Positions 12,839 to 24,800 of a stretch of DNA of 64,000 bases are shown in pieces. Under the pieces are notes generated by a model. The model had not been told where the DNA came from and made no database searches. It was given only the letters and a program-made list of their open reading frames with translations. Position numbers and translations under genes: made by a program. Position 1 is the stretch's first letter, and every line of letters starts with the position of its first letter. The DNA is from Rhina ancylostomus (Eukaryota), in contig JARFYF010000057.1 in the NCBI GenBank assembly GCA_030265395.1, forward strand, positions 10,599,349 through 10,663,348. Reading direction: 5' to 3'.

Positions 12839-13369
12839 CCAGGAAAACTGAGTCCAGATATTGTGTCTCTGCAGACATGCCATCTGGGATTAGTAAATTC
12901 TGCATAAACCAAGAGGATATTTAATAGTGTGTGGTGTCCAAATGTTTGGGAAAACTTGTTGCTATTTGTAATTGATCTATGCAAACTTTAAAACAATACC
13001 AAAACAGCAGAAATACCTGACAAAAGATGCTGGACTAGAAATTAGATCATTTGCTATTTACTTCAGCACTGCATGTTTGAAAATTAGACAGAGTGAAAAG
13101 CAATAAACACATCTGGGTCATTTTGCATCACTCCAGAAAACTGACCAGGCATCTGCAGTGCAACTTCTGCTTTCATTGTCAAATGGTCTCGTTCCTCATG
13201 GAAACATAGCAGGGGAAATTGGATTACCTAATCCTGGGAGCAGCTGTTTCACTCCTGGATTACAGTGTTTTCATTGTGCGTTTGCTGGACTGGAACCCCA
13301 TGATGGTAAATTCCATACTGAAATAGAGAGAGGCTGTAGACTGCTGTGTTACAAAGGGATCTAGGAGTC

Positions 13370-13650
13370 TTTCTGCATGCAGGTGCACCAAGTAACTTTG
13401 AAGGCATGTGGAATGTTGGCCTTCCTTGCAAGGGAGATGGAATGCAAATGTAGGTAAGTCTTGCCATGTCTTGAATACAAGGTACAGTTTTGGTCGCCTT
13501 TACTTATCTTTGAAATGGATGTATAGAATTGGACTGAAGAGGAACAGAAATTGAGGGAAATGGGCAGGAAGGTGGAGTCATGGCCAAAATCAGGTCAGCA
13601 CAATCTTATTGATTGATGCAGCCTTGGGGCTGTATGGCCTGGCCCATCTC
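13370..13650 (+). mobile_element. CR1 LINE 3' fragment
   Basis: ggaatgttggccttccttgcaagggagatggaatgcaa (GMLAFLAREMEC) and a CR1-type 3'UTR ending ...tcttattgattg...gggctgtatggcct. Confidence 0.6.
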
Positions 13651-13663
13651 CGTCTTTTGTTCT

Positions 13664-13949
13664 GGTAGTGTAGCGGTCAGCATAACAGTATTACAGTGCC
13701 AGCAACTCTGGTTCAATTCCAACCACTGACTGTAAGGAGTTTGTACGTTCTCCCCATGTGTCTGCATGGGTTTCCTCTGGGTGCTCTGGTTTCTTCGCAC
13801 ATTCCAAAGGCGTACAGATTAGGAACTTGTGGGCATGCTACGTTGGTGCCGGAAGTGTGGCGACACTTGTGGGCTGCCCCCAGGAAACTACGCAAAAGAT
13901 GCATTTCACCCTGAGTTTCGATATACATAAAGATATCTTAAAATATCTT
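13664..13949 (+). mobile_element. tRNA-derived V-SINE (HE1-related), near full length
   Basis: A-box-like ggtagtgtagcgg and B-box ggttcaattcc (13710-13720); V-domain gagtttgtacgttctcccc...gggtttcctctgggtgctctggtttc..cacattccaaag; tail ending cataaagatatctt. Confidence 0.85.
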
Positions 13950-16900
13950 NNNNNNNNNNNNNNNNNNNNNNNNNNNNNNNNNNNNNNNNNNNNNNNNNNN
14001 NNNNNNNNNNNNNNNNNNNNNNNNNNNNNNNNNNNNNNNNNNNNNNNNNACATAAAGATATCTTAAAATATCTTGCTACCTTTTTCTGAGCCAACATCCC
14101 CCTAATCCTGATTACAGCACAGCCATTACCCAGACCCCCCCCCCCTTTTCTCTCAATAGGGCTTCCAACTGCTGGTCTGTGATCTGATGATCTTCTCTGT
14201 CTATGTGTCCCCTCTCACACTACACCTTAGGCCTCCAAACCAGGCCTCAATGCTGGCTGGTACATCTATTCAAAAAGTTCAATGCCCACATAGTAGCAAC
14301 CAAAGCCTTGGGCCTCAGTTATTAATGATGTTTATGTTATTTATGGATTTTGCAACAACAATATAACACTCCTGTGCAGGCCCACTATATTTTCTAGGCT
14401 GCTAAGGTCTCTCTTTTTGAAATTTCCCCCCCCCCCCCTTCCATTTTTTTTTTGCTGAAAGTGAACAAGGATTTGGTGAGGGTGAGGCACATCCTTGACA
14501 GTGTGGCATAATTTCACAAGGAATTGGATATGTCTTTGCAAAATTTGAATATAATTGGATGAAAGTAAGGTATTTTTCAAGTTGGTAGTTCCTGTCAAAA
14601 AGCTAGAGTTTGACAGCTGATTGACATCCTCCAATAATATAATTTCTATGACCTTACAGACATTCAGACCTGCATTAGATGTGGTAGGAAACTGAACAAA
14701 GTGCTCACTATGCCTGTATCCAAATATGCTCAATGGAACAGTTCCAGTGTAGTTACTGTTNNNNNNNNNNNNNNNNNNNNNNNNNNNNNNNNNNNNNNNN
14801 NNNNNNNNNNNNNNNNNNNNNNNNNNNNNNNNNNNNNNNNNNNNNNNNNNNNNNNNNNNNNNNNNNNNNNNNNNNNNNNNNNNNNNNNNNNNNNNNNNNN
14901 NNNNNNNNNNNNNNNNNNNNNNNNNNNNNNNNNNNNNNNNNNNNNNNNNNNNNNNNNNNNNNNNNNNNNNNNNNNNNNNNNNNNNNNNNNNNNNNNNNNN
15001 NNNNNNNNNNNNNNNNNNNNNNNNNNNNNNNNNNNNNNNNNNNNNNNNNNNNNNNNNNNNNNNNNNNNNNNNNNNNNNNNNNNNNNNNNNNNNNNNNNNN
15101 NNNNNNNNNNNNNNNNNNNNNNNNNNNNNNNNNNNNNNNNNNNNNNNNNNNNNNNNNNNNNNNNNNNNNNNNNNNNNNNNNNNNNNNNNNNNNNNNNNNN
15201 NNNNNNNNNNNNNNNNNNNNNNNNNNNNNNNNNNNNNNNNNNNNNNNNNNNNCCCGCCACGGGGGGGGGGGGGAATTAGGCTGGGTGGAAGGATTATCAG
15301 GGAATGGCAAGCATGTAATTTGATAGCTTGTGAAAACTACCCTAAATGTTAGTGTTATGTTTTACTGTTAAATCAGTGAACATTAAATCTCTTGTTGAAG
15401 TTGTGAAGTTTTTCCTGAGTGACCCAGCCATACCAACCAGGAATGTCTCAGGATCAGTCCTTGATCTTTGCTGCTTCAGTTTTTCTCAACCATGATAGGA
15501 TTAAGTCTGCCACTGACTCCCACATGTGAAGCCAGTTAGTTCTTTGAAACACAATCCTTTATTGTTCTATCTTTCCATCCAACTGATTTTATTCTGTTCC
15601 CCAATTTTGCCTCCTTTTTAATTAAATGCAAATATCAATCTTAAGGAAAAAATTAGTAACATTGTGGTGATTCATTTACCAATGCTTAAGGATCAATTTA
15701 TTTTTTCTGATCACTGGTTTTAAATTTCTTCTCTGTTCTCGCTTTCTGTCTTCCTCTTGCAGTGATATTCAGGTGTAATATTTTGTATCCTTTGGAAGAT
15801 CCAGTCAAAGCCACCAATTTCTTTACACGGCAAAGACTTGATTTTCTCCATTCTTTCCTCATTCACTTGAATAGGGTCAGTATCTTGCTCTTATTTCTAC
15901 CCTCTATCCTTTTTTGTAGCATGGTTACTTGGTATTTTCCAATGATTTATTTTCTCAGGATGTTGACAATGTTGTCAGGGTTGCAGTTCCTGTCTACCAC
16001 CAAGTTGCCCTCAGAAAGCTGTGGTGGACCTTCTAATGGCATTCAAGTCTAGAAAGTAACATTAAGACAATAAATTCTATTAACATGATTTGTAATTGTT
16101 AAGATTATACAAAAGGAGTTTGCGCATTGTTTTAGGGATAATGGACATCTGGAAATTTTTCTTCGTGTGAATTTTGGGCCAACTGAAATTGTACATAACT
16201 GGTGTATTTATGGTTGATCTAAATTCTTTCAGTATATTACTGCCATTATCTGCTCTGTCCTATCATATAATCCAACCTCTTGTGATAAATTAATGTAAAG
16301 TGAAAAGTTTGAGCTCCTAATTTTTTCTTCAGTGTAATTAATCTGCATAGGAAAAGTTCATTTTCAGATCTTTGCTAAACTAAGTTACCTTGGTTGGAAG
16401 GGCTTTAGCAACAGGTGGAACTTGGGCGATCGAAGTTGGCTTCAACATCTCAGCTAGGCAAGGGTGGAGGGAAAAAAAATTAGCTTGTGTTCCTGTTCCA
16501 GTTCAGTAAGTGAATGAAGGAATGGTCAGGCTGAGTCATACAATTTCCCTTAATGTAAAATAAATTTGTCTGTCAGAGAATTGGTAAGTTTTCTCTTGCT
16601 TAATGTGAAAGTGCTTTCATGATGTGAAAGAATATTTTGGCAGTTCCTAAATGTCAGTGTTAGGGAGAAAAGCCATTGGAGACTGCTCTACAAAATGTGT
16701 TCTCCCATTCCAAGAAACAAAAGTTGCTTTAAAATGAATAGACTCCTGTTCATTTGTTTTCTGCAGTGCTCAGTAAACTGATTGTGACCAGTGATTAAAC
16801 TATTTCATGGGGAGAAAAAGTTCAGACAAGTTCTGAATGATGTTGCATTAACTGTGTAACTGAGAGTGTGTAATTAACCTAATCTTTTATGCATATTTTT

Positions 16901-17144
16901 ACCATTCCTTCTTAAGAGTGATTGTTCTGCAGAATTACAACAACGTAGCAGCAGCCACCTCATTGCTGTAGTCATTGCGTGCAAGCCCTCTGTAATCTCA
17001 TTGCTTATCTTGTATTTTGGTATAGGTCTTTGTAGAGATCTCATGGACTTTCAGAAACAAGGCAGAAGTTTGAGCTTGAGAGAAAAAAATAATTAATCAA
17101 ATGTTTTGATACTTCTCACATCGCTTTCCTTATCTTATTTTCTA

Positions 17145-17515
17145 TAGAGCCATAGAACACTACAGCACAGTAAACAGGCCATTCGGCCCCTCTAGTTTGT
17201 GCCAAAACTTTATTCCACTAGTCGCATTGACCTGCACTCGGTCCATAACCCTCTGGACCTCTCCCCTCCATGTATCTATCCAATTTATTCTTACAACTTA
17301 AGAGTGAGCCCGCATTCACCACATCAGATGGCAGATCATTCCACACTCCCGCCACTCTCTGAGTGAAGAAGTTCCCCCTAATCCTTTCGCCTTTCACCCT
17401 AAAGCCATGTCCTCTTGTACTTATCTCTCCTAATCTAGGTGGAAAGAGCCTACTCACATTTACTCTGTCTATATTCCTCATAACTTTGTGAACCTCCATC
17501 AAATCTCCCCTCATA
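17145..17515 (-). mobile_element. Relatively young CR1 LINE 3' end
   Basis: ORF 17218..17514 (RGDLMEVHKVMRNIDRV...FFTQRVAGVWNDLP...LDRYM) is the CR1 ORF2 C-terminus; the tail reads catagaacactacagcacag on the + strand. Confidence 0.9.
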
Positions 17516-17519
17516 TCTC

Positions 17520-17830
17520 CACTAGATATCCAATGATCCGGCCTCCTCCACCCTCAGGGGCAGAGAATTCCAGAGATTCACCTCCCTCTCAGAGAAAACA
17601 TTTCTACACACCTCAGTTTTAAATGACCAGCCCCTGATTATGTAGCTGTGTCCCTTTGTTTGGGATTCTCCCACTAGTGAGAACATCTCAACATCTACCC
17701 CGTGAAGCCCTCTTTGGATCTTACATGTTTAAACAAGACCACCTTTCATTCTTCTAAACTCCAAGGAATACAGACCCAAACTGTCCAGCCTCTCGGGTTA
17801 GAACAACCTCCTTTGGAACACCCCAATTGA
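17520..17830 (-). mobile_element. Second CR1 3' fragment
   Basis: ggcagagaattccagagattcacctccctct...gaaaac and cttctaaactccaagga are the reverse complement of CR1 ORF2 C-terminal sequence. Confidence 0.7.
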
Positions 17831-18219
17831 TACTGCTCGCACACCACCACAGGCGGTGAGTTGCTTCTCTTTGGGTAAATGCCACTCTGCACATCTCCCT
17901 ACATCTGCTGCTTGGACTGTTTATCTGTGTTCCCTCATCCTTGAACCAGCTGTGCCTTGAAACCACGTTCCTTGATTTACCATCTTTAAACCAGAGGGGG
18001 ACTTTGACCAGTCAGTCAAACCTCCTCCCACCCCTGCTACCCCAGAGAAATAGTTGGGGAGGAGGTCTTTGGGGCACGAAGGAGATGCTGTTGCCTGGGA
18101 TGTCACCACAGGATCCTCCAATAATTCCGCAAACACCGAGAACATTGACCAGAACACATTCCATTTTGCTTTGTGACACTGTCAATATTTCACCTGCACA
18201 GCCACGTGTGTGTAAATGT

Positions 18220-18500
18220 GAGAACTGGGACACTGGGAGTGAGTCAGTGTTGGGACAGGACACTGGGAATGTGTCGGCATTGGGACTGGGACACTGGGAG
18301 TGTGTCAGTATTTGTACTGGGACACTGGGAGTGTGTCAATATTTAAACTGGGACACTGGGAGTGTGTCAATATTTGAACTGGGACACTGGGAGGGTGTCT
18401 GTATTTGGACTGGGACACAGGGATGGTGTCTGTATTTGAACTGGGGCACTGGGAATATTTGTACTGGCACACAGCGGGATGTGGTGATGTGAACTGGGAG
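18220..18500 (+). repeat. Minisatellite with a unit of about 31 bp (actgggacactgggagtgtgtcagtatttgt), about 9 copies
   Basis: Tandem units are directly visible and degenerate toward both ends; they account for the repetitive ORF 17941..18492. Confidence 0.92.
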
Positions 18501-18844
18501 TGGCTCAGTGGTATAACTGCTCAGCGCTGACCCCCTCCATCTCTGAGTTTGCCCTTTGCTGTAGAAGTGTCCCTGGTAAAGAACGGTTAAAGGTCCCTGG
18601 TCGGGCCATACCTCTGCTGGTTAGTGTAACCAGGCAACTGTATCTCTCCCCGAGCTCCCATCAAAGTCACATCCTTACACCCAGGGGAAACATTAACTGT
18701 CTGAAGCGAGTTTGCAGAAGGCTGTGTGTCCTCTGAACCCTCCANNNNNNNNNNNNNNNNNNNNNNNNNNNNNNNNNNNNNNNNNNNNNNNNNNNNNNNN
18801 NNNNNNNNNNNNNNNNNNNNNNNNNNNNNNNNNNNNNNNNNNNN

Positions 18845-19335
18845 TTCAATCTTTCCCTGTAACTCAACTCATTAAGACCTGGCGACATTCTAGTAAAGCT
18901 TCTCATATAGAACATAGAAACAGCAAAAAGGTGGGGGGGGAAGCCATTCAACCCTTCAAGCCTGTTCCTCATTCAATATGATTGTGGCCGGTCATCTATC
19001 TCAATACCGTATTCCTGCTCTCTCCCTGCATCCCTTGATGCCTTTTCTGTGTGGAAATCTATCTCTTTTTCCAGTGACTTGGCCCCCACAGCTCTCTCTG
19101 GTGGGGAAATCAACATTTTGCCACCTTCCGAGTGGGGGAGAAAATTCCCACTCATCTGAGACCTAAAGGTCTTGCCCTGTATCCTGAGACCGTGACGTGT
19201 GATTTTTAGACCCCACGGTTAGGGGAAATATTTCTCACCTGTTTCAAGTTTGAGTCCTGTCAGAATTTGTTTCAGTTAGATTTCCTCTCATTCTTCTAAA
19301 TTCTAATGGATACAGGTATTGTCGACCTGATCCTC
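18845..19335 (-). mobile_element. CR1 LINE 3' fragments
   Basis: RSFTRMSPGLNELSYRERL (ORF 18667..18972), followed by a second CR1 tail atagaacatagaaa...gccattcaacccttcaagcctg. Confidence 0.75.
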
Positions 19336-19448
19336 TTGCCCAACCCTCCCACCTTCCCCTCCCCAACCCACTGTACAATGCTACTCTGCTTCTGCCATNN
19401 NNNNNNNNNNNNNNNNNNNNNNNNNNNNNNNNNNNNNNNNNNNNNNNA

Positions 19449-19540
19449 CAGGCAGTCCCCAGGTTACGTTAAGGGTTCTGTTCCTGAGGACCATCCATAA
19501 ACTGATTTCTCCATGTCAGAAATGTCCATTTTCAACAGCT
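19449..19540 (+). mobile_element. Left end of a Tigger/pogo-type DNA transposon
   Basis: TIR caggcagtccccaggttacg is similar to the TIR of the MITE at 45114. No right TIR was found, and the left flank falls in a gap. Confidence 0.5.
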
Positions 19541-21449
19541 GCCCATTATCATGGCACTCTACCTACACTTGTTATAATTCTTTAACTTTATCGAATAATC
19601 ACCTTAACGCTACCCATTTATAAAATAATGGAATATATGCTTCCCCAAATACACTCTGTATTTGGGTTTGCATGTGGGACTTTGCAAGTGTACTCTGCTT
19701 CTCCCTTGTCTATTCTACCAGCTGTGCAAGTCCTGAAAAGAATGGGTCTTGTACTCCTGAACGTAGAGGACAGTGTTTGTCCACTTAACGTATATAACCA
19801 CCTTTTTGCTCAAACCCCTTGATTTACTTTTTGCACCACTGTGCCATGGGTCAGTTTGCTTGTCTTTAAAGCAGTCCCCCTCCCACTTGTCCCCAAGAAT
19901 TACAGGTACCTCCAGTCTTTTGGACAAGTACAGGGACTGAGACTCCTGTAATACTACCACCTGGTTCTCTGTACCAGCCTTGGTCTTGGGCCTCCTTGCC
20001 TCTTTCAATCTTTCCTTCCTGTCGTCCATAGGCTTCCAAGAATCAAGTTTTGTCAACCAAGGTCCTGAGCCTTGATAATCTGGCAAAAGTTAAAGCAACT
20101 CAGTTTTTATTTTCTAGTATTTCTTAAGCTTATTCATGCTGTTTGAACTTTGCAGTCCTGGAGTTTTTGGAGGGATTATTCTTGCCTTAATAGTGGTTAA
20201 TTTCTAAATTGGACCACCCAAAGTAGAGATTTTGGAGCCCTTGTGTCTTTGCAGTTCATCACTGATCCCAAGCCTGGCTAGCCCTGACCCCCTGCTAGGT
20301 TTATCTTAATCATTCCATTTCTGGTCTTTTGGCTTGGACTTTCATGTAGATTTCTGAAAATGAAACCTGCTTGATGAGTGGGGTTAATTAATGTTCGTTT
20401 TATAGTAACTATTATCATCTTCTTTAAACCTTCAGACTTATTTGAAAAGCATTTTATTAGTGCATTGATAAAGACTTAAAACACATTATTATGTGACTCC
20501 AATCTCCTCCACATGAATTAAAAATGTCTGTATGTTATGTAATGTATTGCTGGTTTGTACATGAAAAGATCTGAACACAAATTTGCCTCTAATTTTCATG
20601 TTTTTAAGGATTTAAAATAACATCATTGGCTCTTGGTCCTTGTTGCTCATGCACAGGCAGCAAAACATGGGTGTCTGCAGGGCTGTGTGAATATGAAGGC
20701 TCTCAATAGGCTTTGAGCTTGTCCTTGTTTAATTCTCACATGTTCACTGCCCATCAGGGTCATTGAGATGTCTGTAGATTAAGATACTGTGAGCTCATTA
20801 GAATATCTAGGTAATTTTTCCTTCCCCCAAAACTGGCTCAGAGGTCAGTTGTAGCACCACTTATTGTGATTAATTGAGATTAGCTGAAGTGGGTTACATT
20901 GGCAAGGGAACCTGAGAACTTATTCAGCTCCATTCCAAGCATTACATGTCTCCAGTGCAGTTGGGAAGCAGGTGAATCTGTGGAGTAAACTTTAACTGTT
21001 TGTTTGTGCTGTTAAAATAGCTAAGACAAAACTTAATGCTATATTCATGTCCTCTGACATCATAACTGGACCCCCCACTTCGTTTTAACTATCTGGCCCT
21101 GCAGATGGCCTCAAGTTAAAAGGTCCAATTAAGATGCTGTGAGCTCGTTTAAAATATCCAGGTAATTTTTTTTAACCATTTTTTTAAGATGTCCGGAAAG
21201 AACAAGAAACCCCACGAGATAAGTCAGCAACTTTATTTGGAGTTCAGGAGAAATGAGTACCCCTCCAGGCCTACACACAAAGTATTGGCTTCTGTTATCC
21301 CAGGTTAACCTATGACACACTCAGAAGATTAAAGCATTTGATTTATAAGCACCACTTGTTACTTAACTTAAAACAGGACATCCTCAAGTCATCTCCACAC
21401 CTGAGGGGACCCAAGCATTCTTCTCACAGGAAAGCCTAACACTACACCA

Positions 21450-22290
21450 ACAAAAGAATATGGTTGTGGTTATTGGAGGAAAATCATCTTGGTTCCAGGT
21501 CATAACTACAGGAGTTCCTCAGCATAATCATGGGCCCAACCATATCCAGCTCTTTCATCAATGACTTTCCTTCTTTCATAAGGTCAGAAGTTGGATATTT
21601 GCTAATGATTATGCAATGTTCAATTCTATTTGCAACTCCTCAGCCAAATCTGGACAATGTTTGGGGATGGGTTAATAAGTGGCAAGTATCATTTGTTCCA
21701 TAAAAGCAATGAGCATCTCCAACAAACATCTATCATCCCTTTGGCAATTAATGTCATTACAATCACTGGTCAATATCCTGGAGGTCACCGCTGACCAGAA
21801 ACTTGCCTGTACAAGCCATATACCATGGCTGCAAGATTGGATCAGAGGTTGGATAACCTGTAGCAAGTGCCTCTCCTCCTGTTGCCCCAAAGCTTTTCCA
21901 CCACTTACAAGGCACAAGTCAGCAACATGGTGGAATACATTCCTTTAACCAAGGACACTCACCCAGGTTACTCTGATAGACCTCCCAAAACTTGTGTCCT
22001 GCACCACCAAGATGATTAAGGGGAGTAGGTGCATGGGAATACCAGCAGTTGTGGGTTCCCCTCCTAGTTGCACACCATCCTCATTTGGAAATAAAATGTT
22101 GGTCATTCATATTGCTGGGTCTAAGTCCTGAAACTCCCTATCCGACAATATTATTGGAGTACTTTCTCCGGAATTACTGCTGCAGTCCAAGGCAACAGCT
22201 TATCACCATGTTCTTAAGAGCAATTAGTGTAGACAATGACTGCTAGCCTTGACGGTGATGCCCAGACCCAGAAAATGAATATTTAAAACA
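21450..22290 (+). mobile_element. CR1/L2-group LINE, RT domain to 3' tail, degenerate
   Basis: Reads MVVVIGG.SS..Q.ITTGVPQ...GPTISSSFINDFPSFIRSEV.IFANDYAMF, then TTYKAQV, then the tail caacagcttatcaccatgttcttaagagcaattag...aatgaat. Confidence 0.75.
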
Positions 22291-24734
22291 AATTTAACTA
22301 TTGATTGTTTTGGAATCTTTGATTGCTCTTTTTTGATATAGAACCCATGGGCAAAAGTCTTGCATGTTGAACTGTAAAATATCTAATGCATACAGACCAG
22401 GTTTCCTTACAAAATAGGATGGGTGCAGAGATGCTAATGAATTAGCTTTGAACTGAAGTCTAAATGAATTAGTGCATGTGGGAATAAAATGGTAATGTGC
22501 AGTTGAGGTAGGAGATTGAATATAAACATTAAATGGTGCAGCAGGTTTAAAAGCTGCTTAAGCCCTTTCCATAGATTGTGTGACTTTGCAGCTCAATAGC
22601 CTGTCACCACAGTTATGGAAGCACATCACATCTATTTGCGTTCTCATTTAGTCATAAGAATTAAAATTGTGAATTGGTTACAACCCTAAAGATTTGCTCA
22701 TAGAACAATTGTTGAAAAATAACACATGCAATTGAAATTTGATATAAATGCAATAACAGACTTTCCAGGATATTCCATGTCATTGTACTTTTTGGGCACA
22801 AGCCACTTTCATGTCCTGCTGTGATTTTTGTGTCAGGACACATGGATGATGTTCTTCACCCAGCACTCTTTTGGTGTATTTGGAGGGAATTTGGCCTAAG
22901 ATTTGCTGTGAGCAACCATCATCATGCACTCTACAAAAAAGTAAGTTTTCCCACTGCAATATTGAGATAGGGACCCCTGTCAGCTAAGCCCCTTGTTACC
23001 TATTTTTCTGTCCACTTCTCCCTGCAGGTCTACCCCCATCAAAACTACACCCTTCAGCAAAATTGTGCTTGGTGCCTCACTACAACAGCCTGTCAGTTGA
23101 ACTGGAATATCTAGGTCACGATATTTTTGCTTGCAATATGTGACAAGGCAATCAGACAGAAAAAGTCTTTGTGAAGATGTCATACATGAAAGAGGAGTTA
23201 GAGAATTGGGTTAAGTCAAGAAAAGCAATCAACTAGCTTTGTACAGTATAGTTTGCAATACAAATGATTACAAAAACAAGTTGACCATTGAACTAAGTGG
23301 ATCTGGTCACAGCAACTGCTCTGTAATTTAAGTTTCTGGTTGGTTTGATGAGGATTGTTGTTAATTGCCAGGCTGCTCATGTCACAAGCATGTAGTCTTT
23401 GCACTCCTAGGTAACACTATGGAAAAAATGAATCTGGAACTTATTATAAATTCTGAAGCAGATTAACCCAAAATGCTCACATCATCGATTGGATGAAGGG
23501 ACTAACTGCTACAGGTCAATGGTCTTTTGCATAAAGAAGGTCTTGTAATAAATCTGATCCACATAATCATGATTCTGCATTATAATAATGTATTTGAAAA
23601 TATTGTCCTCTTTTTATTTATAAACTTGTTTTTAAAAGGGAACCTTGTGACTACTGAGGCTTTTCTCTCTCTGAACGTCCAGGCCCTAGTGTCTTTAGTC
23701 ATCTGCACTTCACTTTTTTCCAAACCCAGCTCTTGTCCTTCCAGTAAGTTTGAAATTGGAACAACTACAACACTCCCCTTTTATGTTCAAGATCTTTGAG
23801 TTCAAAGTATGAACTTGGAACCAATTTGCATTTCTCCAAATCATCCTCTGTTCTTTTTCAGACTTGCAAAGACCACTTTCTTGCATGTGGTTGTCTGTGG
23901 CAGTTTTTCAGTCCCCATTTTGTATTAGTACTTGAAGGAAATTAACATCCTTTTACTTTGTAGGGCAAGTTTACATATTTTGCTTTTGTCTTGAGGATTC
24001 TGATGGGTTCCCCTGTAGTTGGACTCTGAGCCTCAAGGCTGGATTTGTGTTGAATTCTTATTTTGCCTGCCCTCAACTCTGCCTCTGTGACAGTCCTTTG
24101 AAATGCCCAGCTTCTGCCTTGTGATGGCTCCTTGACCCCTATCTCCTGACTATCATTGGCAATTCATTCCTTTTTTTTCCTGTGTACTTTGGGATCTATT
24201 GGATGTCTATCCTTCATGTGAATTAAGATGATCAGCTCAAAACTATTTTACTGGTGAGGACTGGTGGTTTTGGAATGCTGGGACCACTGCTTAGAAATGA
24301 GGAGGATCATTAGATGCTTCAGATTGTTATCCAAAGATAATTCGAGTGCATTGAGATTAGTTGAGAACAGGATTTAGTTTGGTTTATGTTGCTGCCACAT
24401 TAATGGCCTGCCACATTGACCTTAGACTAATGTGATGAGCAACCTCTGGGAGAGGATTCTAGAAGCCCCAGAGTGAACCATATACCAAAAGAATTAATGG
24501 CCATGCAACCAAATACCAGAACACTGCAGAATTGAAACCCAAAAATCTGTACTGCGGCAAGGATCAGTATCTCAAAGGAGGAAATTGGACAGTGAGACAA
24601 AATGTCACTGTATTTTAGGTCAACCATGTTTTCTGGCATGCAGTGTTGATACAAGTGGGGTTTTGAACTAAATAGTCTTTCTCTGTTCAGCACAGGTCAC
24701 CTCTGCTCCCCAATGCACAATAATAAGGACCAAC

Positions 24735-24800
24735 ATGAGCTACTGGGTACAGCTCAGACTTCTCCTGTGGAAGAATTTCACCTATCGGAAACGGCAAACT
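24735..24800 (+). CDS. ABCA7: ABCA7-like first coding exon (equivalent to ABCA1 exon 2): MSYWVQLRLLLWKNFTYRKRQT
   Basis: ATG at 24735 in context caacATGa; ABCA N-terminal motif QLxLLLWKN; donor ACT|gtgagt at 24800/24801; upstream acceptors ttcag (24690) and cacag (24695). Confidence 0.95.

Noticed and set aside
13926-14075. Duplicated acataaagatatcttaaaatatctt around the gap at 13950-14049
   Set aside because: Same scaffolding artefact at a SINE tail; short overlaps also flank the gaps at 2833-2932 and 9797-9806.
15725-15780. Strong pyrimidine tract and ttgcag| followed by 10 nt and gtgtaa (possible micro-exon)
   Set aside because: The donor is poor, the site is upstream of the start codon, and nothing independent supports it.
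17941-18492. 183-aa ORF with repeated WDTG/LGHWE motifs, and the superficially CRISPR-like repeat beneath it
   Set aside because: It is the translation of a minisatellite. The units are contiguous with no unique spacers, there are no cas genes, and the context is eukaryotic.
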